This document shows, in pieces, positions 16,351 through 23,535 of a DNA stretch of 32,000 nt. The stretch is taken from the NCBI RefSeq assembly GCF_005696695.1, contig NZ_CP040006.1:2190001-2222000 (forward strand). Direction: 5' to 3'. The DNA comes from Schaalia odontolytica (GTDB lineage: Bacteria > Actinomycetota > Actinomycetes > Actinomycetales > Actinomycetaceae). Within the stretch, counting starts at the first letter, position 1. Every line of letters begins with the position of its first letter. Under the pieces are notes generated by a model. The model made no database searches, had not been told where the DNA came from, and was given only the letters and a program-made list of their open reading frames with translations. A program made the position numbers and the translations under genes.

Positions 16351-17499
16351 ATGAGCTTCCTGGATTCCGACCTGCTCGCCCGCATCCACGAGCGCGCCGC
16401 CGACGCGGACGCCACCAACGCCTACCCCGAGAAGGATCTGGAGGAGCTACGCGAGGCCGGATACCTGTCGGCCTTCGTTCCCACCGAGTTCGGTGGCGCG
16501 GGCCTGAGCCTCACCGAGATCGCCGCCGAGCAGACGGCCCTGGCCAAGGCCGCTCCCGGCACGGCACTGGGCATCAACATGCACCAGATCATCGTCGGCC
16601 TCGGCCGCTACCTGGGCGCCCACGGCAACGCGCGCGGTGAGCAGATCCTGCGCGACGCGGTCGCCGGCGAGGTCTTTGGCTTCGGCATCTCCGAGCCGGG
16701 CAACGACCTCGTGCTCTTCGGTTCGACGACGCGCGCGACCGCGACCGCAGACGGCGGCTACTCCTTCGAAGGCACCAAGATCTTCACCTCCCTGTCCCCC
16801 GTGTGGACGCGCCTGCTCATCTTCGGGCGCGCGGAGACCGAGGAGGGCCCCAAATCCGTGTTCGGCATCGTCCACCGCGACGACGAAGGCTACTCGATCA
16901 AGGACGACTGGAACACGCTGGGTATGCGCGCCACCCAGTCCATGACGACCCTGCTCGAGGGCGTCACCGTGCCCGAGGAGCGTATCCTCACGATCACAGA
17001 TCCCGGCCCGAGTGCCGACCCGGTCATCTTCGGCATCTTCTCCCACTTCGAGATCCTGCTGGCCGCCACCTACCAGGGAGTCGGCGAGCGCGCGGTCGAG
17101 GTGGCCGCCGAGCACGTGGCGAAGCGCCGCTCGGTGAAGAACCAGACGACCTACTCCAACGACCCGGACATCCGCTGGCGCATCGCCGAGGCCGCCCTCA
17201 TCATGAACGCGGTCGGCCCGCAGATCCGCGAGCTTGCGCGCGACATCGACGAGGGCGTGGACCGCGGTCGCTCGTGGATGCCGCAGCTGTCCGCCGCGAA
17301 GAACGCGGCCGCCGAGGCCACGCTTCGTGCCGTCGAGCAGGCCATGCGCGCGTGCGGCGGCAGCGCCTACTACAACACGCACGAGCTCTCGCGCCTGTAC
17401 CGCGACGCGCTCGCCGGCCTCTTCCAGCCCTCCGACCAGGAGTCCCTGCACGCCGCGTGGGCAAACCTGATCCTGGGCCCCATCGAGAAGGCCCAGTAG
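16351..17499 (+). CDS. Acyl-CoA dehydrogenase family protein
   Basis: 382-aa ORF with AAGAGGA upstream. The ACAD-like layout is present: an N-terminal helical part, a middle beta domain (GYSFEGTKIFTS, WNTLGMRATQS), and a C-terminal helical bundle (ACGGSAYYNTHELSRLYRDA). Confidence 0.8.
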   Translation: MSFLDSDLLARIHERAADADATNAYPEKDLEELREAGYLSAFVPTEFGGAGLSLTEIAAEQTALAKAAPGTALGINMHQIIVGLGRYLGAHGNARGEQILRDAVAGEVFGFGISEPGNDLVLFGSTTRATATADGGYSFEGTKIFTSLSPVWTRLLIFGRAETEEGPKSVFGIVHRDDEGYSIKDDWNTLGMRATQSMTTLLEGVTVPEERILTITDPGPSADPVIFGIFSHFEILLAATYQGVGERAVEVAAEHVAKRRSVKNQTTYSNDPDIRWRIAEAALIMNAVGPQIRELARDIDEGVDRGRSWMPQLSAAKNAAAEATLRAVEQAMRACGGSAYYNTHELSRLYRDALAGLFQPSDQESLHAAWANLILGPIEKAQ

Positions 17500-17514
17500 G
17501 CTTGCGCAGACTTA

Positions 17515-17550
17515 AGGGGCGGGCCCGAGGATGTCCTCGGGCCCGCCCCT
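17515..17550. terminator. Bidirectional hairpin terminator
   Basis: Perfect 16-bp stem AGGGGCGGGCCCGAGG (17515-17530) / CCTCGGGCCCGCCCCT (17535-17550) with loop ATGT, between convergent genes. Confidence 0.7.
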
Positions 17551-17565
17551 GTTATGCGCGTGATG

Positions 17566-18807
17566 TCAGTCGTTCCAGCTGAACTTCTGGGGACCGATCT
17601 CGCCGGTCGTACCGGTCATCCAGCCGCCGCGTGCCAGCGCGAACGACTGGCCGGTCTTCGTATTCCAGCAGCTAATGCCATCCTGCGTGGAGTGGCAGGC
17701 GTAGTCGCCCTTGGCCGCTGCGGCGCCGTACGCGAGGGCGTTGCCGCCGCCCGGCACCGCGGCCTCGCAGGACTGGCCCGCCTTGTCCTTCGAGGCGGTG
17801 AGGACGCCGACCTGGCTGCCGGAGCAGGAGGCGTATCCGTCCTCGGCCCAGTCGGATTCCTTGATGCCGCAGCTAACGCCGTCAGCGGTGAAGGAGCAGG
17901 TGATGTTGCCGGACGGGGACGAGAAAGAGTCCACGGTGATCGCACCGGCGGGCGCCGGGTACTTGACGGGTTCCTCCGTGGTCGCGCTCGGTGAGGGCGT
18001 CGCGTGTGCCGGCGCCGAAGAGGAGGCCGAGGGGGTCGCGTCCGAGCTCGTGGCCGGGCCCTCGTATCCGCGCGTGAAGACGTAGATGACGAAGCCGAGG
18101 AGGATCACTGCGATCAGGCCTAGGATGCCCAGGACGAGGCCCATCATCGGGAAGCCACGGCGTTCCTTTTCTTCCTTCGGCGCAACCTCCTGCGAGGCAG
18201 TGGGCTGCACCTGGTAGGAGGCGCCGGCGCCCCGGTAGGCCTGCGGCGTGGACTGGGGCCGCGCGGGGGTACCCGACGCGCTCGGGTAGGACGAGCCGGA
18301 GGACGCGCTCGGGTAGACGGCGGTCGCCTCGGGATCCTGTGCTCCCTTGCTGCCCATGATGGAATGACGCTGCACCTGGGCGACGACCTGCTCGCGAGCA
18401 CCCACCTGCGGGACGGGAGCATTCGTGCCGACGACAGCCGAGTAGGGGGTGGTGCGCTCGACCTGCGAGTAAGAGTTCACGCCGCCCTGACCGAGGACGT
18501 ACATGCCGGATTCGGAGGTGCGGATCGACGAGCCGGCGACCGCGCCGGACACGTCTCCGTGCATGACGAGGTAGCCGTTGGAGTCGATGTAGCCGTCATA
18601 GTCGTCGCGAGCCTCGAGGGCCGCGTTGACCTGCGGGTCGTTGAACTGGTGCAACCAGTCGAGCAGCCCGCGGTACGCGTGCGGATGCGCGGCCACGACC
18701 GGGCGCAGCTCGGGGTAGCGGTACGCCAGCTGGCGCAGCGCTTCGGCGTCGGTCGACGGGTCCTGGGCAGCCGCCGCAGGATCGTCGAAGTGCAGCTCTT
18801 CAGCCAT
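17566..18807 (-). CDS. Single-pass membrane protein: cytoplasmic leucine-rich-repeat-variant-like N-domain, Ser/Pro-rich linkers, six-Cys extracytoplasmic C-domain
   Basis: ORF 17566..18846, with ATG 18807 preceded by GGAG 5 nt upstream. The N-terminus is DPSTDAEALRQLAYRYPELRPVVAAHPHAYRGLLDWL. The TM helix is FPMMGLVLGILGLIAVILLGFVIYVF. The C-domain has 6 Cys (ITC, VSC, ASC, QSC, YAC, ISC). Confidence 0.8.
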   Translation of the reverse strand: MAEELHFDDPAAAAQDPSTDAEALRQLAYRYPELRPVVAAHPHAYRGLLDWLHQFNDPQVNAALEARDDYDGYIDSNGYLVMHGDVSGAVAGSSIRTSESGMYVLGQGGVNSYSQVERTTPYSAVVGTNAPVPQVGAREQVVAQVQRHSIMGSKGAQDPEATAVYPSASSGSSYPSASGTPARPQSTPQAYRGAGASYQVQPTASQEVAPKEEKERRGFPMMGLVLGILGLIAVILLGFVIYVFTRGYEGPATSSDATPSASSSAPAHATPSPSATTEEPVKYPAPAGAITVDSFSSPSGNITCSFTADGVSCGIKESDWAEDGYASCSGSQVGVLTASKDKAGQSCEAAVPGGGNALAYGAAAAKGDYACHSTQDGISCWNTKTGQSFALARGGWMTGTTGEIGPQKFSWND

Positions 18808-18923
18808 CGAAACTCCAGACTTCATGGTCACGAGGTTGTTACACAATACCGCGATCAGTGGTCACAAGTGAAACCTTCCCCATATTTTTTCCCAACATGC
18901 GGCGCTGTCACTTGACAAATGCT

Positions 18924-19736
18924 CTACGAGTCCCCACGGAAGATAAACCTGTCAAAGTCCAGCGTTTCGATGTCCCGCGCGAGGGAACGAACCTGGTCAT
19001 CCCACCCCGGCCTCGTCGCGGAAAAGCCGTCGGGCGTCCCCATGTCGCGCGCCTGCTGAAGGGCGAAGGTCCTCGCCCCCATCTCGCGTGCGCGCGCCGC
19101 CACCTCGAAGCCGTCGCCAGGCCCGTCCGGGTAGACGGTCAGGCGCACCTCGTGGTCCACCTCGGGGTGGGCCAAGACGATGCCCAGCGACTCCCACGCC
19201 TGCTCGCCCGCGCCGCTGCGGCCGGCCACGGCCTCGTAATTGCCCCGGGTCGCCTTCACGTCGATGCCCACCCAGTCGACGAGGCCCACGCCGAGCAGCT
19301 CCTCGAGGCGCCGCGGATAGGGGCCCGCGGTATGCAGGCCCACGCCAAAGCCGAGCTCGCGCACGCGAGCCATCGCCGCCCCGAGCGCGATCTGCCGGGT
19401 CGCCTCGCCGCCGGAAAACACGACGCCGTCGAGGAGGCCGCGCCTGCGCGCCAGCAGATCCTCGAGCGCGCTCCACGCGACAACACCCGGGATGCGCGGG
19501 TCGATGATCGCACTGTTGTGGCAGTACGGGCACGCCCACGGGCACCCCTGCAGGAACAGGGACGCCGCGAATTTTCCCGGCCAGTCCACGGTCGACATCG
19601 GCACGAGGCCGGCGATCTGCAGGTCGTCCGGCGTCCACTCGCGCGCAGCCCGCCCCCCGACGAGGCCGGGGACGCCCAGGCTCAGCGTGCCCTCCCGGGT
19701 CGCCCCGGCCTCGTCGTCATGGGGACGGGCGCCCAC
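18924..19736 (-). CDS. nrdG: Anaerobic ribonucleoside-triphosphate reductase activating protein (radical SAM)
   Basis: Radical-SAM cluster motif GCPWACPYCHN, preceded by STVDWPGKFA. The likely start is GTG 19736, with GGAG 8 nt upstream, 1 nt after the nrdD stop. ATG 19787 (ORF-track start) would overlap nrdD by 50 nt. Confidence 0.85.
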   Translation of the reverse strand: MGARPHDDEAGATREGTLSLGVPGLVGGRAAREWTPDDLQIAGLVPMSTVDWPGKFAASLFLQGCPWACPYCHNSAIIDPRIPGVVAWSALEDLLARRRGLLDGVVFSGGEATRQIALGAAMARVRELGFGVGLHTAGPYPRRLEELLGVGLVDWVGIDVKATRGNYEAVAGRSGAGEQAWESLGIVLAHPEVDHEVRLTVYPDGPGDGFEVAARAREMGARTFALQQARDMGTPDGFSATRPGWDDQVRSLARDIETLDFDRFIFRGDS

Positions 19737-19737
19737 G

Positions 19738-21603
19738 TCAGCGACTCCCCGCGGGAGGGAACGCGCTGACGAGCTCACCGTGCGCATCCGCGGCGCTCTC
19801 GGAGAACATCTGACGCTCGTGGTACTCGCCCTTCTTGCCGATGTTGAAGGACTGGACCGGGCGGAAGTAGCCCATGACGCGCGTCCACACCTCGCAGGCC
19901 TGCGGCTCCGAGTGGGGGTGGGCGGCTGCGCACTTCTCGCACGTGAAGTGCTCGCCGGCCAGGTAGCCGTGAACCGGGCAGATCGAGAAGGTCGGCGTGA
20001 TCGTAATGTAGGGGACCTTGAAGGCCGTCAGCGAGCGGCGCACCATCTCCTTGCAGGCCTCGCCCGAGGAGACGCGCTCGCCCATGTACAGGTGCAGGAC
20101 CGTACCGCCCGTGTACTTGCCCTGCAGGACCTCCTGATCCTCGAGGGCCTGGAACGGATCATCCGTGTAGCCGACGGGAAGCTGCGAGGAGTTCGTGTAG
20201 TAGGGCTCGTCGGGCGTGCCCGCCTGGATGATGTCAGCGAAGCGCTTGCGATCCTCCTTCGCGAAGCGGTAGGTCGTGCCCTCCGCGGGGGTGGCCTCCA
20301 GGTTGTACATGTGGCCGGTGGCCTCCTGGAGCTGGACCATGCGCTCGCGCACTCGATCCAGGATGCGCACGCACATGTCGAAGCCGCGCGGGTCCGTCAG
20401 GTCGTAGGCGTCGTCGCTGAAGTTGCGCACCATCTCGTTCATGCCGTTGACGCCGATCGTCGAGAAGTGGTTATCGAGCGTGCCCAGGTAACGCTGCGAG
20501 TAGGGGAAGAGGCCGTGGTCCATGTGGTACTGGATGGTCTCGCGCTTGATCTCGAGGGACTTCGAGGCCAGGTCGATGAGCTCGTCCATGCGCGTGACGA
20601 GGCCCTCCTCGTCCCCCTTGTACAGGTAGCCGAGGCGCGCCATGTTGAGCGTGACCACGCCGATCGAGCCGGTCAGCTCCGCCGAGCCGAAGAGGCCGTT
20701 GCCGCGCTTGAGGAGCTCGCGCAGGTCCAGCTGCAGGCGGCAGCACATGGAACGGATCATGTGCGGGTCCAGGTCGGAGTTGATGAAGTTCTGGAAGTAG
20801 GGCAGGCCGTACTTCGCGGTCATGTCGAAGAGGGCGTCGACATTCTCGCCCTCCCAGTCAAAGTCGGGCGTGATGTTGTAGGTCGGGATCGGGAACGTGA
20901 AGACGCGACCGTCCGCGTCGCCGCCCGTCATGACCTCAATGAAGGCGCGGTTGATGAGGTTCATCTCCCGCTGCAGCTCACCGTAGGTGAAATCGACGAC
21001 CTCGTCGCCGATGAGGGGGTGCTCGTCCGCGAGGTCGTCCGGGCACGTCCAGTCGAAGGTCAGGTTCGTGAACGGGCACTGGCTGCCCCAGCGCGAGGGC
21101 ACGTTCAGGTTGTAGATGAGCTCCTGCATGCACTGCACGACGTCCTCGTACTCCATGTTGTCCAGGCGCACGAAGGGGGCCATGTAGGTGTCGAAGGAGG
21201 AGAACGCCTGGGCGCCCGCCCACTCGTTTTGGAGGGTTCCGAGGAAGTTGACGATCTGGCCGCAGGCCGAGGAGAAGTGCTTGGGCGGGGCCGAGGCGAT
21301 CGCGCCGCCCACACCGTTAAAACCCTCCTGGATCAGGCGCTTGAGAGACCAGCCGGCGCAGTATCCGGCGAACATGTCGAGGTCGTGGATGTGGTAGTCG
21401 CCCTCGCGGTGGGGGGCGCCGATCTCGGGGGTGTAGACGTGTTCAAGCCAGTAGTTGGCGACGATCTTGCCCGCCGAATTCAGGATGAGGCCGCCGAGCG
21501 AATACCCCTGGTTCGCGTTGGCATTCACCCGCCAATCGGAGCGGTCGAGGTACTCCTGCACGGTTGCGATGGCGTCGACGTCGTAGCGGGGTGCGCTAGT
21601 CAT
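19738..21603 (-). CDS. nrdD: Anaerobic (class III) ribonucleoside-triphosphate reductase
   Basis: ORF 19738..21696 trimmed to ATG 21603, with AGGAAG 4 nt upstream. It has a C-terminal Zn ribbon (CPVHGYL..CEKC) and glycyl-radical motif TRVMGYFRPV. The conserved MCCRLQLDLREL region and an adjacent nrdG are also present. Confidence 0.92.
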   Translation of the reverse strand: MTSAPRYDVDAIATVQEYLDRSDWRVNANANQGYSLGGLILNSAGKIVANYWLEHVYTPEIGAPHREGDYHIHDLDMFAGYCAGWSLKRLIQEGFNGVGGAIASAPPKHFSSACGQIVNFLGTLQNEWAGAQAFSSFDTYMAPFVRLDNMEYEDVVQCMQELIYNLNVPSRWGSQCPFTNLTFDWTCPDDLADEHPLIGDEVVDFTYGELQREMNLINRAFIEVMTGGDADGRVFTFPIPTYNITPDFDWEGENVDALFDMTAKYGLPYFQNFINSDLDPHMIRSMCCRLQLDLRELLKRGNGLFGSAELTGSIGVVTLNMARLGYLYKGDEEGLVTRMDELIDLASKSLEIKRETIQYHMDHGLFPYSQRYLGTLDNHFSTIGVNGMNEMVRNFSDDAYDLTDPRGFDMCVRILDRVRERMVQLQEATGHMYNLEATPAEGTTYRFAKEDRKRFADIIQAGTPDEPYYTNSSQLPVGYTDDPFQALEDQEVLQGKYTGGTVLHLYMGERVSSGEACKEMVRRSLTAFKVPYITITPTFSICPVHGYLAGEHFTCEKCAAAHPHSEPQACEVWTRVMGYFRPVQSFNIGKKGEYHERQMFSESAADAHGELVSAFPPAGSR

Positions 21604-21874
21604 TGTTCTTCCTGTCTTGATTCCGTTGCGTGCTGCGGGCTGCTGGGCACTGGGTGGGAGATGTGTGTGGTGTCGTGGAACTGTGTGGGGCGACATGCGC
21701 CTCTCGCCCTACCGTCGCTTCGGTGGGCGGCGGGCCGGTACTGCTGTTCGGTCGCATGATCGACACGTCGTGGATGCTCCGCCCTCGCGGGACGAGGCCG
21801 TGGCACTGTGGGTGGAGGTGGTTTCCTCCGCCCGGTGCGAGGCTCCCCTAGGTCTAGGGACGTGCGATCATCAA

Positions 21875-21890
21875 GCACTAGATGTAGTGC
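21875..21890 (-). promoter_or_regulatory. NrdR box 1 (proximal to nrdD)
   Basis: GCACTAGATGTAGTGC matches 12/16 of the NrdR-box consensus acaCwAtATaTwGtgt. It is embedded in a perfect 10+10 palindrome TCAAGCACTA-GATG-TAGTGCTTGA (21871..21894). Confidence 0.8.
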
Positions 21891-21906
21891 TTGATGCGAA
21901 TGGTGA

Positions 21907-21922
21907 CCACAATATCTAGTGT
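21907..21922 (-). promoter_or_regulatory. NrdR box 2 (distal)
   Basis: CCACAATATCTAGTGT matches 14/16 of the consensus. It is centred 32 bp from box 1, which is the canonical tandem spacing. Confidence 0.8.
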
Positions 21923-22051
21923 CATACGTGCGTCAGAAGCGCGACGCGCGCGGCGAGCAGTTCCGCTCATCACGCGCGCGCTTTTTCGACATATACTGAG
22001 GACCAACGTCCCGTTGCGCAGCCACGCCCCGCGCGCCCGCCGACAACACAG

Positions 22052-22085
22052 CGAGGCCGCAACCGGAAACCCGGCCACGGCCTCG
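22052..22085 (-). terminator. Candidate hairpin terminator downstream of the DoxX gene
   Basis: Outer stem CGAGGCCG (22052-22059) / CGGCCTCG (22078-22085) encloses an inner CCGG-(4 nt)-CCGG helix. It lies 15 nt past the stop at 22100. Confidence 0.4.
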
Positions 22086-22099
22086 TTGATCGATGCGAA

Positions 22100-22624
22100 T
22101 CAGATGAGGAAGGGCAGCTTCTTCACCAGCCCCAGGCCCTTCCACCACGCGCCCAGGCCGAGCGTGTCGCCCGCACTGGTCAGCGGAATCAGGATGAGAA
22201 CGAGCGCGTAGACCAGGTGCTCGTTGACGACCGGATTGAGGGAACCCCACACCCAAGGGGCGACCGCCGCATACATGAAGCCCAACATGACGACGCCCGC
22301 GACAGCCGCGAGGCGCGTACCGATCCCCAGCAGGAATGCCAGGCCGATACCCAGGAGGCCCAGCATGAACAGCCAATCCATGGCGGGCATGGCCAGCGAC
22401 TCGAAGAAGGAGGCCAGGGGCTTGCCGGTCGTGGCGCCCGTCAGGTAGCTCTGCGCCGGCGTTCCGCCGTTGATCCACGCGCGCGAGGGGCCCGTCGAAT
22501 AGTGCAGGCCGAACGTCTTGTCCAGGAACGACCACAGGAAAATGAAGCCGACCGCGATGCGCAGCAGGGCCAGGACGAAGCGCGCGGGCTTGGAGGTGAC
22601 GACGGCTGATGCGGGACGAGGCAT
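22100..22624 (-). CDS. DoxX-family membrane protein
   Basis: ORF 22100..22801 trimmed to ATG 22624. It has four hydrophobic spans and the N-terminal FVLALLRIAVGFIFLWSFLDKTFG motif characteristic of DoxX/DoxD. Confidence 0.75.
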   Translation of the reverse strand: MPRPASAVVTSKPARFVLALLRIAVGFIFLWSFLDKTFGLHYSTGPSRAWINGGTPAQSYLTGATTGKPLASFFESLAMPAMDWLFMLGLLGIGLAFLLGIGTRLAAVAGVVMLGFMYAAVAPWVWGSLNPVVNEHLVYALVLILIPLTSAGDTLGLGAWWKGLGLVKKLPFLI

Positions 22625-22824
22625 GTCGGTCCTTTCGGGACGGGTCTGCGGGTGGGCGTTGTATGGGCGTCGACGGCGTGCTGCCCTCCTCCCATTATCC
22701 ACTGGCCAAACCCTGCAACGCCAGGGGCGGTTCAGTGAGCATGAGGCCATCGAGCAAACAACTGCGCACAAGTGGCGGCCCAGTGAAACCCGTGGCACCA
22801 CTGCTCAGGCATCCAGGGGCAACC

Positions 22825-22946
22825 TTGAAACCAGCATCGCCTTTGCTCGCCCACAATGCCACAAAAACACACATTTCGGGCGAGCAAAGGTGATGGCGGT
22901 TTCACCCACGCACGAATACCGGGACGCAAAGGTGACAGCGGTTTCA
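22825..22946. repeat. Three copies of a ~21-nt motif GCAAAGGYGAYRSYGGTTTCA (one inverted); the first two form a long hairpin
   Basis: Copies lie at 22825-22846 (inverted), 22884-22904 and 22926-22946. The perfect 13-bp arms CCTTTGCTCGCCC (22840-22852) / GGGCGAGCAAAGG (22878-22890) enclose an A/C-rich 25-nt loop. The imperfect pairing extends to ~30 nt per arm. Confidence 0.7.
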
Positions 22947-22998
22947 GCCCGGCAACGCGTTGCACCAAAAAGGCAGGCAATGCACCAGTTCGCGTGCC

Positions 22999-23028
22999 AT
23001 TGCGGAGACGAGCCCCCTCCCCCGCAAT
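22999..23028 (+). other. Hairpin with a 16-nt C-rich loop
   Basis: 7-bp stem ATTGCGG (22999-23005) / CCGCAAT (23022-23028) with loop AGACGAGCCCCCTCCC. It abuts the left arm of the 17-bp inverted repeat. Confidence 0.4.
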
Positions 23029-23138
23029 TTCGCACGTAATTCGATTGGACGAAGTTTCAACAAACTCTGAAAACACTGCAATTCCAACGATCTGAATTCA
23101 ATGTTTGAAAGAGTCGCGGGGGAATTACGTGCGAAATT
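23026..23138. repeat. Perfect 17-bp inverted repeat flanking a 79-bp AT-rich core
   Basis: AATTTCGCACGTAATTC (23026-23042) is the exact reverse complement of GAATTACGTGCGAAATT (23122-23138). The spacer 23043-23121 is conspicuously AT-rich for this genome. Each arm also fits a 16-bp palindromic pattern AATTWCGYRCGWAATT at 12/16 positions. Confidence 0.85.
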
Positions 23139-23143
23139 ACTGA

Positions 23144-23400
23144 GCGGCGGCGGGGCCTGGCCGGGAGTCGAGACGACGCGCCAAGCCACCCAGCACACCA
23201 CAAGCGCCACCGGTGAGGAGGGCGCCGGAGGGAGCTGCCGCGGTGCCGGTGGGCGGTGGCGGGGCCTGGCCGGGAGTCGAGACGACGCGCCAAGCCACCC
23301 AGCACACCACAAGCGCCGCCGGTGTGGAGGGCGCCGGAGGGAGCTGCCGCGGTGCCCGTGGGCGGTGGCGAGGCCTGGCCGGGCTTCGAGTCGACGCGCC
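23144..23400. repeat. 109-bp tandem repeat, ~2.35 copies (VNTR/MIRU-like)
   Basis: Copy 1 (23144-23252) and copy 2 (23253-23361) differ at 4 positions by my alignment. Copy 3 starts at 23362 and matches for ~39 nt (4 mismatches) before diverging. The period is not a multiple of 3. Confidence 0.9.
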
Positions 23401-23535
23401 GAGCGAAGCTCGCGGCGCGGACGGCTCGCGGGCGGGCCGCCGCCCACCGGCACACACAGCGGCCGGGCCCTCCGGCGCCCGGAACACCCGTGGGGCAACA
23501 AGCAACGCCACAGATCAGGCGACGCTCAGCAGGAA

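Noticed and set aside
21604-21870. Cobalamin or other riboswitch in the nrdD leader
   Set aside because: I could not find a B12-box-like core (AGCCAGGAGACC-type, GCCACTG) or any other riboswitch signature that I know. Class III RNR is also not B12-dependent.
3676-22085. 12-mer GCCACGGCCTCG or its complement, recurring at 3676, 12788/12810, 14554, 15399, 19226, 21793 and 22074
   Set aside because: Several copies lie inside coding frames as ordinary high-GC codons (GAG GCC GTG GCC = EAVA; CTG GGC CAC GGC CTC). The non-coding copies are arms of unrelated terminator-like hairpins. It is too short and too codon-like to call a dispersed element without a genome-wide count.
22825-22946. CRISPR array hypothesis for the 21-nt repeats
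   Set aside because: There are only three copies, one in inverted orientation. The repeats are imperfect and too short, the spacers are unequal, and no cas genes are in the window.
23026-23138. MITE or IS remnant bounded by the 17-bp inverted repeats
   Set aside because: I could see no flanking direct target-site duplication and no transposase fragment. I kept it as an alternative explanation in the finding, not as a mobile_element feature.
23144-23400. Protein-coding interpretation of the 109-bp tandem repeat (ORFs 23101..24564 +, 22944..23501 -, 23057..23950 -, 23137..23511 -)
   Set aside because: The period is not a multiple of 3, so each copy is read in a different frame. The translations are Arg/Pro/Gly junk, and there is no RBS.
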